NCBI GenBank assembly: GCA_976551045.1
Contig: CDPCPM010000026.1
Span: forward strand, 5,518,001-5,582,000
Direction of reading: 5' to 3'
DNA length: 64,000 bases
Source of the DNA: Glaucostegus cemiculus
Taxonomy: Eukaryota
The notes under the pieces are model-generated. The model did not search any database. It was not told the origin of the DNA and saw only the letters and a list, made by a program, of their open reading frames with translations. The position numbers and the translations under genes are program-made. Of the stretch, positions 1 to 13,050 are shown piece by piece (position 1 is the first letter of the stretch; the number at the start of each line of letters is the position of its first letter).

Positions 1-590
1 TCACTCTCAACTAGACCCTCTAATTTAGTATCATCAGCAAGCTTGCTAATCGTGCCATGTAGGTTCATATCCAAATCATTTACACACATAATAAGAGGTC
101 CCAACACTGACCCCCTGGGGCACCCCACTAGTCACAGGCCTCCACTCGGAGAATTAACCTTCAATCATCACACACAGCGTCCCATCTTCGAGCCAATTCT
201 GAATCCACCCTGCTAGCTCCCTCTGAATTCTATGTGACCTAACTTTCCAGATCAGCCTGCCATGCGGGACCTTGTCAAAGGTCTTACTAAAGTCCATATA
301 GTCAACATCCACTGCCCTACCTTCATCTATCCCCTTGGTTACCGCTCCAAAAAACTCCAAAAGATTCATCAGACGAGACCTCCCACGCACAAATCCATGC
401 TGACTATTCCTGATCAGGCCTTGACTATCCAAGTGATGGTAGATTTTTGTCCCTCAGAATTTCCTCAAGTAACTTCCCTAAACCTGAAGTCAGGTTCACC
501 AGCCTGTAGCTCCCTGGCCTGTCCTTGCTGCCCTTCTTGAACAGTGGAACGACATTAGCCATCCTCCAGTCTTCTGGAACTTTGCCATCT
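1..590 (-). mobile_element. CR1-clade LINE fragment (RT domain, degenerate)
   Basis: ORF 154..432 SQHGFVRGRSRLMNLLEFF...VDVDYMDFSKTFDKVPH matches CR1 RT motifs; nearer position 1, GVPQGSVLGPL-like and LADDTKL-like motifs occur. Confidence 0.9.
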
Positions 591-699
591 ATTTACACCC
601 AGATCACATAATCTATAGTTTCCTTACAAAAGGTACCCTTATTTTTCATTTCTTCATAGCTGTGAACATTACAGGTGATGAAAATGTTCTGAAACTTAC

Positions 700-867
700 C
701 TCTTTTAAAGTCCCACGTACAGAGAAGAGCTTGTAGATTGCGTAGATTGGTACCAGTGACATTGAAGACACTGCTATTCCCCATCCAACAAGGTTTGCCC
801 AGTTTGGAAATATATATTCATCATAAGTTAGAGGCTTGAACTTCACAATGCTGACAATTACTACAAA
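700..867 (-). CDS. slc6a2: Noradrenaline transporter, internal coding exon (168 nt; TM11 end and TM12)
   Basis: ctttcag|TTTGTA...AAAGAG|gtaagt. Translates [56 protein letters not shown], within ORF 646..936. The gene continues beyond position 1. Confidence 0.95.
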
Positions 868-1149
868 CTGAAAGGCAGAAGAACATGGCGTTACTGACAG
901 GATTAAATCCTCCCATGAAGGAGGATAACAAAACACTAAAAATAACTTCGGAATTAATTAAAAGAATGGAAAATCTCTTAAGTAGTTTCAACACCAGTGC
1001 AAAAATAACCCATTGTTCCATATACTAAAATTTCATTGTACAAATCTTGGCATCGTTTTAACATCCTAGAAGTTTGCAACTTTCCTCCTTTAGTCAATAT
1101 GGAGGGTATAAATAAGGCAATCAAAGACAGCATGCAGGCAAATATCAGT

Positions 1150-1790
1150 GCATAACAACAACTTGCATTTGTTTAGCAACTTTAGTGCAGCAAAATGTCC
1201 TGAGGTGCTTTGTGGAGCACCGTAAGCCAGGGAGCAGAGGAGAAGAAATGTGTGGAAGGATCCCTAGAGCTTGGTAACTGATGCTGGGTTCCCAGCGGTG
1301 GAAAGATTAAAATCAAGGATGCGTAAAGGGCTGGAACTGTAGAAGCACACATCCTCCTTTTATGGGAACTGAGGAGGTGAGAATTTGGAAGGCACCAGGG
1401 GGATGTGTGAAAGGAAACTTCTGAGCCTTTGAGCAAGGACAGGCTTTTTGCTGATGTCAAGATGATGGAGGGTAGAATGGCAGCCGGACCTGCTTTTGAA
1501 TAACCAAGTCCAGACGTAACAGGTGAGCTAAAGCAGTGGTGGAGTTGGATGATGAAAATAGCCTCTCTTTGTGAAGGCGTACAGAGCCGGCCCTGAACTC
1601 ACTTTGGGGTCGTCGGACTCCACAGCCGCAACAGGCTGGTTCAGTCTCTCAAGCAGCTGCCTGGGAGAAGGCTGGAGCTGATGGTGTTGGAGTGGAACAG
1701 ATGAATGCAGTAAGGCTGGGGGTAATGGTTCAGGCACAGGAAGGCAGGAATGATCCGCACAAAACCGAAGACTAATTTAGAGAGACATCT
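1150..1790 (-). mobile_element. L2-clade LINE 3' fragment (degenerate)
   Basis: Tail reads ...aaatgcaagttgttgtt on the minus strand; remnants resemble L2 ORF2 (TKxxYFH; VTSxLxYS). Confidence 0.6.
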
Positions 1791-3374
1791 GGATCGTGGG
1801 CTGTGAGTGGTGTTTTGTGGGACAAGGGCAAAGGATGTATACAGCAGAAATCACAACCAATTAGCTAATTACAACTAGGGACTTGGCACAAAGCTAGGAC
1901 CGATCAGAAGCAGATGACAGGGAGACTGTGTGCAGAAGGTCCAAGGAAATGAAGGACAAAACCTAAAGGTGTGCTGAACAAAATAAAGGTTGAAGGATGG
2001 ATTAATTACTAACTGGATACTTCATGCACGTCAAGTGAAAAAATATATAGTTAAGTTGCTGGTCTTGGCTCACAGTGAGCAGTCTAGTGTTTGACTCAGA
2101 GGGCTGTGGGTTTAAGCTCCACTACTGAAACAAGCACATAACCTAAGCTGACACTGAATTACTAAGGACATATTCTTCTGATTTGAGATGTGGTTGTTCA
2201 TCGCCTCTCATAATACATATCCAATGCCATCATTTCTAAGTGGTGCTGAGATCTCTTCTGTCCTGGGTATTGTTTAACCCCCAGCCAATGAATGGGGCAG
2301 ATCCTCTCTTGACCAACGAGCAGCATGAGCTCTCCGTTCACAAGCTATTGAGAGTGTGGTCCTGGACTCAGTCTCCCAAGGTGGGAGGAGGGTGTTGCGT
2401 TGGGGGGGGGTGGGTGTTGACCCCCTAGCTGATCAGCAAAGGCCCTGCCCAGCCAGAATAGACCACAGACCTGCAGGCAATGGACTGATGGGAACATTGC
2501 TGGTAGTGCTTGCCTGCTAAGAAATAAGCCACTTCAATCCAGACAGGAAGTTCTTGGCCACTCCACCAACAACCACACTACCTAACCCAGAAAAGAAATG
2601 ACAGTTCCTGTCTTGAAGCAATTTAACCCAATTTCTGTCTGTTCCAAGAGTATTTACTTTGCAAATTGATCAAGACCCTCAAATTTCCAAACCTACACCT
2701 ACCTGAAAACACAAAATAAGTCACCTTAAAGTGCACATTTCTCCAGAGCCCTCGGTCCCCGAGGGTGCTCAGCTGCTCCTGCACATTGGTGAGCAGACTG
2801 GGGACGTGGTGCTGAGAGCCCCAGGCAGGTCAGAGCGAGGCTAGTGGTGTGGAAGATGGAGTGGGGTGGGAAGGTGGTGTGGTCAAGACCACCTTCTCCC
2901 TCCTCCTTCCTCCAACTTGGACCTCCAAGTTGGTAACCCTCGGAGTTGGGCCAGCTCATCTTCTGCTTCCTGCCCTATCCCTCAATCCTCTTGTCACGAC
3001 CCAGGAGAGACAGTGAGCAGTGACTCGGGCACATTCAAGCCTTTCCTGCTCTTGATCAGAAGGTGCTGGTGTGTTTTCTGGAAGTGGAAGGCATCCACCA
3101 CAACAAGGGCCAGAAATTTTAACTGCAATGCTGAGTTCCAACATGGACCCAGTTTTGCAACAGATGTCTCTGCTAAAAGAGAGGCAGACTGGTGTGCAAG
3201 GCCATTTGCTTGGCTTTCAAAGGGAAAGGCCCACGGGTGCCAGAGCTGCAGGACTAAGTCCCACTCAGCAATCAGAAGATGTGCCCCATTATCTTGTTTC
3301 TGTTTTGTCAACCTTTCTGTTCTTCTACATAACAACATTGGCCGCATATTTATGAAGGACCTGGTCCGACTATG

Positions 3375-3965
3375 TAGATGCTATGGCCAAGGAAGCACAC
3401 CAGCACCTCTACTTCCTCAGAAAGCTAAGGAAATTCAGCACGTCTTTGTTGACCCTCACCAATGTTTACGGATGCACCATAGAAAGCATCCTATCTGGAT
3501 ACATCACAGCTTGGTATGGCAACTGCTCGGCCCAGGCCAGTGTATCACACAAACCAGCCTCTCCTCCACTGATTCTGTCTACACTTCCCACTGCCTCAGG
3601 AAAATAGCCAACATAGTCAAAGATCCTTCCCACCACAGTCATTCTCTCTTCTTCCTCCCCACCCACCCCCCACCCCACCTTCCATCAGGCGAAGAGATAA
3701 AAACTTAAAAACACGCACCACCAACCTCAAGGACACTGTTAAAAAGCTATTGAAAGGACCTCTTGCACGATAAAGATGAACTCTTGACTTCAGTCTACCT
3801 CACCGTGGCCCTTGCACCTTATTTGTCTACCTGTACTGCACTTTCTCCGTAACTGTAACGCTATATTCTGCATTGTTATTTTTCCTTTTGTACTAACTTG
3901 ATGTACTTGTGTATGGAATGATCTGTCTGGATGGCATATGTATGACACTATTAAACCAATTACCA
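3375..3965 (+). mobile_element. Rex1/Babar-like LINE 3' fragment
   Basis: ORF 3383..3607 KEAHQHLYFLRKLRKF...YGCTIESILSGYITAWYGNCSAQ is the typical C-terminal region of this clade; LPSG motif and a 3' UTR follow. Confidence 0.8.
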
Positions 3966-6094
3966 GTTAAGTATTCCACTAGTACACTGAGTGTCCTGAT
4001 GTTCCCTATCTTTAGTTCACTCAAGGCTTACTAGTAAACCAATATGTGAGGGGAAAAAATTCCTTTTGACTTTGAAATCTTTCACAGACAGAAATATTTT
4101 ACACAATGACTGAGTTCCACGCAATTGGATGTACATCAAAGGTACTTGGGCGGTGTCCAATTATTAGGTCAGTGGAAATACCTATAGAATGCAAGTGATT
4201 TGAAGCAGAGGCAGATGATACTTTGGGTAAAAGGTCCGAAGGAATGAAGGACAAACTTAAAGGTGTGCTGCAGAAAAGGAAGGTTGAAGTATGGAACAAG
4301 GTGCTAACTGCTTATTTCATGGATATCAAAACGGAAAAAAAAAACAGGTAAATTGCCAGCCTTGGCACAGGATGAGCAGTCTAGCATTTGTCTCCTAGCC
4401 TGTGAGTTTAAGCACCACCACAGTGACTGAAGCACATGACCTAGGTGAACATAATGAATACGTATTTGCCTCTGACCGAGACAAGGGACAGGATGATTGC
4501 TAAGTGTTTTTCTGGTCTGCGCCAAGAAGTGCTGTTTACCCAGGTACATGCATACCATGGATTGCCATGCACGACCAGAAAATAATCTCCCCAATTGCCC
4601 TTAAGGCATAGATAACTATCCAATTTGTACTGTGAGCCACAATTACCAAGTATAAGCACAATTTTAACTAATCTTATGTTAGCATAGATAAGGCTTTCTG
4701 CCCACACAGCTAGGAGAGACATTTGGCAAAAATAGTTGTGTTGAGGAACTTTTTAAAAAATAGTTAACCATCAATCGTTTCATTAAAAATATATTTGTGA
4801 TTGATCAGCAGGAAGGTTAAATATTCCCGAAATGTGATGCTCCTGAGACTAAAGAATAAATGGAAAGTTTTTTTCTGATTCGTGACTGGTTACAAGAATA
4901 AACAGAATGCTTTGATTTACTTCAATGATAAGGAGAATTATAGATGGTAAATCAAAGGAATAGCCAAGTGCTCATTTCCTATTCTATGCTATCTTATAAC
5001 ATTTTAAAATATTTTTTACGGTCACCTAGGATTTCTCAAATCTGATTTCTGGAGTCCGCTTTGGTCCTTCATCTGGAACTAGTTACAAGTGTTTCCTAGA
5101 GCGTAGGGTGGTTTAAATGTGTAATTGAAGGCTTCTCTGTAGCTGACAATTTGTATTGTGTTGTTGGCCAGTAAGTAAGGGAAGTAATTGACTTGACCCT
5201 TTAAATGGAATGGAAGAGCTCATCTCAGATTATCTGTCTTGCTCCATTTGGACTGTGCTCAGAAATCAAGAGGCATAATTGATAATCATGGATCTCCAAC
5301 CACAATCTTTCAGTGGAGAGGCAAGTGTTCCCCTAGTTTAAGCCTTAAATTCTTACAACAGCATAAAATAGGAAATCTGATTTGAGGAGGAATCTCTGTC
5401 TGGGAACAGATTTCCAACATCTGTTTAACAGCACATATTGTTTGTTAATTTTCCACAATGACCACAATATCATTTCTGGTCCTGTCACATAAAATCTGTT
5501 ACTTAGCAGAAGACTTGCAGAATTGAATGTCAAAGGCTGCACTTATTCCCTTGCAAAGCGGCAAGGCGTTGCCAGAGAAATGCCAATGCAGCTAAATTCA
5601 ATAAGACACATGTTAGCTTGCTTTACAATTTGTTTCTGACAACTACCAGCTGCATGCCCAGAGACCTGCCAAAAGCAGACTTCTGCTCTGAAAGTAAATG
5701 CAACTAATTGTATAACCTTGCTGTAAGGTCTTTAGAAAAGCCAGCTGAATACAGCACACACTTTCCTTATCTTGTCGAGTGTAAATATTTGGCCTAAAGT
5801 GTTTCACAAATTTAATTAGATGTAATTGAATATCTCTTATACAAAACAAAAAGAATTATCTTACTTTCTGATAAGCTGCAGCTGTTTCAAACTTCTTACT
5901 AAAATGCCATATTCATTTAGTTCTGCACTTTAACAATTGCTGGTCAGTTTGGAGATGATGATACATCATCTTTAATGAACCCTAATATTATGATATCTGT
6001 AATGTTGCCCTGATAATGAGTTGAACAAAAATCATCTACTGAATCAGCATGCAAAGCCAGTGAACCTATATTAATTAGTGAAGTGCACAAGGCT

Positions 6095-6185
6095 TTAGTA
6101 TAAATGTGTACTTGCTAGTTGGCATGAATGTGATGGGCCGAAGGGCCTGTCTTTGGGCTGTATAACACAATGAATCTTTGACTCT
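6095..6185 (+). repeat. Isolated CR1/HE1-type 3' tail
   Basis: gatgggccgaagggcctgt...gctgtat...gactct tail motif, shared with other CR1 and SINE copies in the window. Confidence 0.6.
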
Positions 6186-7270
6186 GCACTGGAATTTTGC
6201 CCAAACTACTTCAGTTTAGCAATTGATATGTTAACATATTCCATCATTTGCTACTCTCCTTCAAAGTAACCATCTGGATAAAATTCCCTGGTCATTTTCT
6301 TATTGTAGCTAAGGTATATATTTTAAGAACATAAAAACAATTTAACATGCACCAACATTTAGAATTACTATTTTTAAGGTCCCAAGATATTTTGACTCAT
6401 TTTCTGGTGGAAACGCAGGTTATTACAACCTGAGAGGCTGCCATTCAGACCACTTCATCTGATGACTTTTCTTCCATAACATTGTAAAATAATCCAAAAA
6501 CAAATCCTTTCTGCTGACAGATGTGTCTTTACATTAAGTTTGATTTTAAGTATCTTAAAATCAAATATGTCTGTTTTTGATAGTTTTATCTCAAATGCAC
6601 ACCGATTAACATCACTGCTCTAGCCCCATTCATTACTGTGTAGATGAAGAGTTCAGCTGGAGTCAGATTATGTGGTATGTTCACTAGGATGGGCCAGTCA
6701 TGTTTCATGAACAATTTTGTACTTCAATCTTTTGCAAACCTGATAAAACATCTGCTAATCAAATGGATTTCTAGGCCTATACTTTAGGTGTATTAGACAT
6801 TGGATTACATAGGGGGAACAAAGCAGACTTGCATTGCACACGTGCATTTTTTATCCATTCTAAAAAGTTCTCATTTTTCTCTTGCAACAATACAATACTG
6901 ACCAATTATATTTTGCTTATGGCACAGTGCTCGCTCTTGACATTTCACTCAGTCTTGTAAAATGAAACCATAAAATAGTATATGATGCCACTTAATAGGA
7001 GGTACAGTCATTGTGTAATGAGGCACTGCCATGCCAGAGGGATAGACTTGTGGGTGGTGTGGCTACTCCACTGAGTGTCTTGGGTGAACCCAAAGAGCAG
7101 TTATCCCTTTGAATCTGAAACCCTTGTCTCCATATCACTCCATTGTTAAACCACCTGAAGTACAGAAGTGACCACTTGTGAAGGAGGAAGTGTGTCACCA
7201 CCTTGGCTGGGCCTCTTTTAATGGTGTTTCACAATATTTTAATATACTGGGCCAGTCTAGCTTTGCTTAC

Positions 7271-7371
7271 CAGTAAAAAGGCTGGACTAACAAACTTCCA
7301 GCAGAGCCTCCAGTAGAGTCCTGGTTTGAAGCCCGTCATTTGTTTGATGTCCTCACTGAATCTGTCAACCC
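7271..7371 (-). CDS. slc6a2: Noradrenaline transporter, internal coding exon (101 nt; IL5 and TM11)
   Basis: ctctag|GGGTTGAC...TTACTG|gtaag. Translates (G)[33 protein letters not shown], within ORF 7229..7438. Confidence 0.95.
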
Positions 7372-8453
7372 CTAGAGCAGAAGCAATTCCAAAACAGATT
7401 AGAGCATCAACAGAATCGTGGGCAGGACATTTCAACACCCTTTCTAATTTAGTTGCCAGTGAAACAATGCAATTTTATCCCAAGTCACAAAAGAAATAGC
7501 AATGTAATTGCCCACTAACAAATGAACATTATAATTTCTGAACACATTTGCTACATCAGCTTTAAAAAGGATATATTGTCTAAACTGAAGTTAAGTTTCC
7601 TTAATTGCAAGACTGTCCATCTAAATAAAAAATTATCTTAAATATTCTTCAAAGTCCCTCAGGTTAATTATCTGAATTAAACAAGATAATTAGGATTTGT
7701 TAAAAAGATTATAGAACAGCAAATATCAGAAAATGCTTTAATCAGATATATCTAAGTGACAAGGAACTTGATTGCATTCTTAGTGAAACGAATGATGCAA
7801 ATACTTAAAATACTTAAAACAAGAGGTGATTAGAAGAATTTACATAAACCCTACTTTGCATTCAAAGCCCAAAGCTGGAGCCCTATTCATCAAAACGGAT
7901 AGAGAGGTGAGAAGAGATTACTCAGAACAATAAACCTTTGAAAAATACACCTGCAAGGGTTAATATTTCAAATGGCAGAACATGATACAGGCAATGATGA
8001 CTACAAGAATTTCTGTACTATTAATTTGAGTTGCGTTTATGTCACACCATTGGAGTTTTTAATTTTTGTAAGAATTAAAGGGAACATTAGTTGTTTGTTG
8101 TTGGACTAGCCAATTTTTAAAATCAACTTAAACCAGTTGCTTTATGTCAAATATATTTAATATAGTAAATGCAAATCAAAAACACAGTGAAATAGACTCC
8201 CTTATTTGAACTTCACACTGTATGGCCACAATTAATATGCTATAAATTTGAGGACTTCACTAGCTGCACCAAAAGGTAACAGGTCTGGATACTGCAATTA
8301 CACTGCAGTGTTTGTATTGCTGCAATGAGCAGATACAACAGCATAACTATGTCATTAAAGCACACAATGCTGCTGTGTATGCATGATCCTTTCAGTTTCT
8401 CACTGAATCAAGCTTCTTTCTTCTGGATTAGTTACACAGTACAATAGGAAATT

Positions 8454-8594
8454 AAAAAGCTGCAGATGCTGGAAATCTGAAATAAAAACAGAAATTGCTA
8501 GAAACACTCAACAAGTCAGACAGCATCTGTGGAAAGAGAAACAGTTAATGCTTCAAACTGAAGACCCTTCAATGGCACTTTCTATTTTATTTCC
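8454..8594. repeat. Penelope-derived short element (mostly one arm)
   Basis: ctgcagatgctggaaatctgaaataaaaacagaa...cagcatctgtggaaagagaaacagttaa, shared with about 10 other copies in the window. Confidence 0.7.
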
Positions 8595-9889
8595 CAATAC
8601 AATGAAATTGCTTGAACTGGTTCAAATTGTTGCTTACTGACACAGAACAAAATGCAAAAAAAATTAAATCATGAAAATCAGATTGGCAGTACAATTTCAA
8701 ATATGACTAGAGCAAGCTTTTGTAGCTCAGTCTGAAGAGCAAATAAATGAGCATTAAATGATAATAACACTGGCAATCATTTAAGTCATTTTTTTTATTC
8801 TAAATGTGATCATATTAAGTCCAATCAGGTACCCTGCAGGTTTGATTGTACCCAATATAGCAGTGGAACCATTGGCACTAGCTCCCTTCCAGGAAACCAC
8901 TCCTGAACTGGGGATGTGAAGCAGACACTTTGGTCCGTACTTGCTGATGTAAAGTAACCAATAACTGCTTCAGGCATGGGCCACATGCTTTTATTCTTGG
9001 TACACCAAGAAAATTTGTGATGCATTTTTGATTAAATCATCAGCCCACACTTTTTACCTATTACATTAGAGGCCTCATGGGCTGGAAAGTGCACCATAAT
9101 GGGTGATGAGAAGCCAAATTTATGAATCAAACTAATACGAAGCACTTATGTTATCAGCCCAACAGACATGGTATTATCTATCATTTTTCTACACAATATA
9201 ATAAAAAACATTTCATAGATTAAGTCAAAAGTCTCAAGTTACAATAATTTATCAACACAAATTAAGAGCATTTTAAAAGTGATTTTATTTACCAAGGAAT
9301 GATAATATTCTATGAAGCAGGAAACTTTATGCTATTTACATTGGCTGGGCTAATAATGAATCCTGAATGATAAACTGGTATGAGGCCAGGGACTAGATTA
9401 TCATTTTACAGAGCTTAATCTGTTGCTTCAGCTGGTTCTGTGACTATGAGCTTTTCAGTTGTTTCAGTGCCATTAGTATGTCCTTATTAAGACTAGCTAC
9501 AGAAAACAAGGTTCTCTAGTAATTAATCACTTCTTGAAAATTATCAAGCTAAACAGGATATATGGTTGAATGGAGTATACTATGTGCCAAAATTACAGTA
9601 TAAGGTTGCAGATTCCAAACTTTTAATGTGTTTATCTAAAACTCCTTTCAATACAACTTTAATTGAGGTTATAAGGTCTTTAATTTAAACCCTTTGGATT
9701 AGAGGTGTTTAACTGTAACAAGGATCCAATAAGCATGAAGTGAAACACCATGACCTACTCGGGCCACAGATATATACATGGAGCACATGAGTTCCAGATG
9801 CATCTGGCATATCAACTAAGTGTAAAATTCACCATGGTGTCATATTTTATTAATTGTATTGCTGGGCTCCTGACTTAAAGCATATTTCC

Positions 9890-10220
9890 AGACAACACAC
9901 CAAGGGAAGGCAAGAGGTGTTGATGAATATCCTCAGACGGCACCTTCCAAATCCACAACCTCCAGCAGCTAGAAGGACAGGGTAGGAAAGGCATGGGAAC
10001 ACCACTGGCTGGAAATTGCCATCAAGCCACACACCATCCTGACCAGGAAACATATCACAGTTTCTGGGTCAAAATCCAGAACTGCCTCCCTAACAGCTTT
10101 GTGGGTAACACCCACATAAGAAGGCAGCTCATCACCACCTTCTAAGGGCAGTTAGTGATGGGCAATTAAATACTGGCTCAGCCCGTGAAGCCCACATTCT
10201 TTGAATGAATTTAAAAAAAA
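9890..10220 (+). mobile_element. LINE 3' end (CR1/L2 group); same family as 19760-21310, 25560-25740, 40925-41640 and 51325-51440
   Basis: aagaaggcagctcatcaccaccttct...gatgggcaattaaatactggc...gcccacatt...gaatgaat plus an A-tail; near-identical text at 51325-51440. Confidence 0.7.
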
Positions 10221-12744
10221 TCTGGTTCCTTGTGATGCAGCTCCTGTTCATTCTTAAACTTCCCTTTCCTCGGCTTCTAAAAGCCACTTTACAAAACGGA
10301 ACATTTAGCTCCAATTGATGTTGCTCTGCATAAATTTGGCTGAGTTTGAATGGCAGTCAGCCTTCTGGCATTTCTGATTGCAAAGTACTTTTTCAAAAAT
10401 ATTAAGATTTACTGACCTTGTACTAACATGTAAAGTCAGCTATGATCCACTGTTCAGTGTTCCCCAGCCTTGTCGCAAATCTCTCCTATGCCCAGATGCT
10501 TCACTTACCAGTGTGCCATATTGTAATGTCAGGAACCATTTCCCCCTTATAGGTCTCAAATCTTTCTTAACCTTCCCACATTAATTAGTAGCTATGTCAT
10601 ACACATACAACTCAACTCCAACTTTACCACTGGCCATCTCTCAAGGCAGAGCCAATCAAATTAACAATCAGGAGAGATGTGAAACATATCTCTAACCCTA
10701 CCACAAAATCAAAAATGCCCCCAAGGAGAGTCACCAAAGGATGTTACATTCTCTAAATTCTCAAAAGAGTTACTTTGTGTAAAATAGGTGTTGTACTCCA
10801 GCTGATGCGAGTTAGTGCTGAGAAAAAGGGACGTGAACAAACTATAGATTCCTGCTTTCTCTACAGAATGATGAGATGCAGGATAAGGTTCTCACCCTAC
10901 TATCCAGCAATGTGCCTCAGGCAAAAACTCAAAAGGATATCTCAGAGGGCCAATAGGATCTCTTTCCTACCTCTGTACCTGCCATCCTATGGACTTTGCA
11001 AATAAGACTTCTAATTCTAGTTAAATTAAGATCTTTTTCTGCTTTGTGCGTGTGTGTGTTCCCCAGTGCGAACCAAGTCTCCAACAAATTACTCAAAATT
11101 TCAGAAGTGCATTCTTTGACTGGATATCATGGTTACCCTTTTGACATTCTACTTTATCAAAGCTAACTGAGATTAATTTAATCTCATTATTAATATTATA
11201 TTGTGGTCTGTAGACAGTGGAATATTTCTCAATTTGCAATGGACATGGTCTACGATAAATTAATTTTTATATGGTCTACTGCTATAAACTTAGTGGTATA
11301 ACAGAAAAATGGGTTTGGTAATTCAATCCAAATAAATTATAAATTGGCTCTGCATCTCAAACTGGTCTTTGGTATTTCTGCAGTTAGCCTCTAGAGCAGA
11401 TTGCATAAATTGATTGCATGAGAACACAACATGTAAATCATCTTTCTGACTATGAAAGATCCAAATCTACTTGATAGGTTTGATTCAGAAAACCATTTCA
11501 AGTGATTCACTTGAACACCCAAGCTGAATAGGGGCCAGAGAAAGAATGTCATTCCTGTAATGATCTTTTCACTTACAAGTGGTATAATGAAAGATTTCAA
11601 TAACAGTTATCCCATCATTTCCTATGTTTCTGAAGAAACAAAAATAAATCTCAGTGTTTCTTCTTCCAAAGTTCCTGCTTATATTTCAGAAATGGTTTTC
11701 TAAAAAAAAGTTAAAGTTTTACTAAATTGTGTTTATAATAATTAATAACAAAAGTTGAAAGAAGCGTATTATAATTGGCAGAAATTCTTTGTGAATAAAG
11801 GCACATTTCAAGCAGCAGTCAACTTACTTTAAACAAAACACAATATTATTTCTACTTCATCCTATTTTTCACTCACTTTGTGCTAAACAATGGAATTAAC
11901 AAATTACTTAAAATAAATAATGCAGTAGGAGTGATAGAAACGCTATGTTTATAAAAAGGCTGTATTTAATGAAAGAATACAGCAATGATTGATCAATCAC
12001 TGATTCAAGCAGATAACAACTGTGGTTGATATGTTAACCATAGCTGTTTTTAAAACTTCAACATCATTCTACTGGGACAGCTGAGAAGCTCCAAGATCAT
12101 TATAGTTATTGGAAGTCAATTTTACAGTGTCAAACAAAATAACTGAAATGAAAACCTTAAATCTTTTAAATTCTTATTTGAAAGACCAGAAAAAATATAA
12201 TTTTGAAAAGAAGATTCTTTGAAAATATGACACATTTTTGGTCTCTATGAATGAAAAATGAAACTGTGTTGGGCACGCAATTTTTGCTTCTTTACATACA
12301 AAATTTAACTTTCGCTCGACAAACTAGCTATGCCTTTTCTGATAATATTAACTCTTTTAAAAAGTGCAGCTATAAATATAGGTTGATAGATCCAAAATAA
12401 CGATTGGACTAATAATTACTCTCTTCAAACCACTGATTCACTGGAAAATAATATACAAGTGTGTGACATTAGCTACAAATACCATGTCCACATCTTGCAA
12501 GCTATTTAAAAAACACAGTTTGCAGACAAATATGGCAAAAATCTAGTGTAGAGAAATAAGACATAATGTTTTAAACTTAAGTGGTTCGAGCCCCAATTAT
12601 TGACAAATTTAAATTAGTAACATGCAAGATTGATTTAAAGAAAATAAACTCAGTGTATGTTAATAAATCTCAAATTTGAGTGAGCAAAAAAATTCAGGCA
12701 GATTGGGCTGATAACCTAACCTGTAGCTCATTGAGTATGTGCCA

Positions 12745-13050
12745 ACTATTAGCCACCCATTTACACTTGTCTTACACTAATCACACTTTCTATTCTCCCC
12801 ACATTCTCCATTCCCCCCAGATTCTACACTTACCTACACAGTAGGGGCAATTTACAGTGGCCAATTAACCTACCATTTTGCACTTCTTTGGGATGTGGAA
12901 GGAAACTGGAGCACCCAGCAGAAACCCAAATGATCACAGAGAGGATGTGCAAACTCCACACAGACAGCACCTTAGATCAGGATTAAACCTGAGCCTCTGG
13001 TGCTGTCACATCGGGCACTGGTTCTCCTGGCTTCACTACTGTGCTGCCCT
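12745..13050 (-). mobile_element. tRNA-derived HE1/V-SINE-like element
   Basis: Core tttgggatgtggaaggaaactggagcaccc...tgcaaactccacacagacagcacc recurs in both orientations across the window. Confidence 0.8.

Noticed and set aside
2726-3060. Possible minus-strand RTE C-terminal remnant
   Set aside because: Only a vague motif resemblance; cannot be supported without alignment.
2866-3708. Longest ORF in the track (280 aa)
   Set aside because: No recognisable domain; it runs out of frame through the Rex1/Babar fragment and low-complexity sequence, antisense within an intron.
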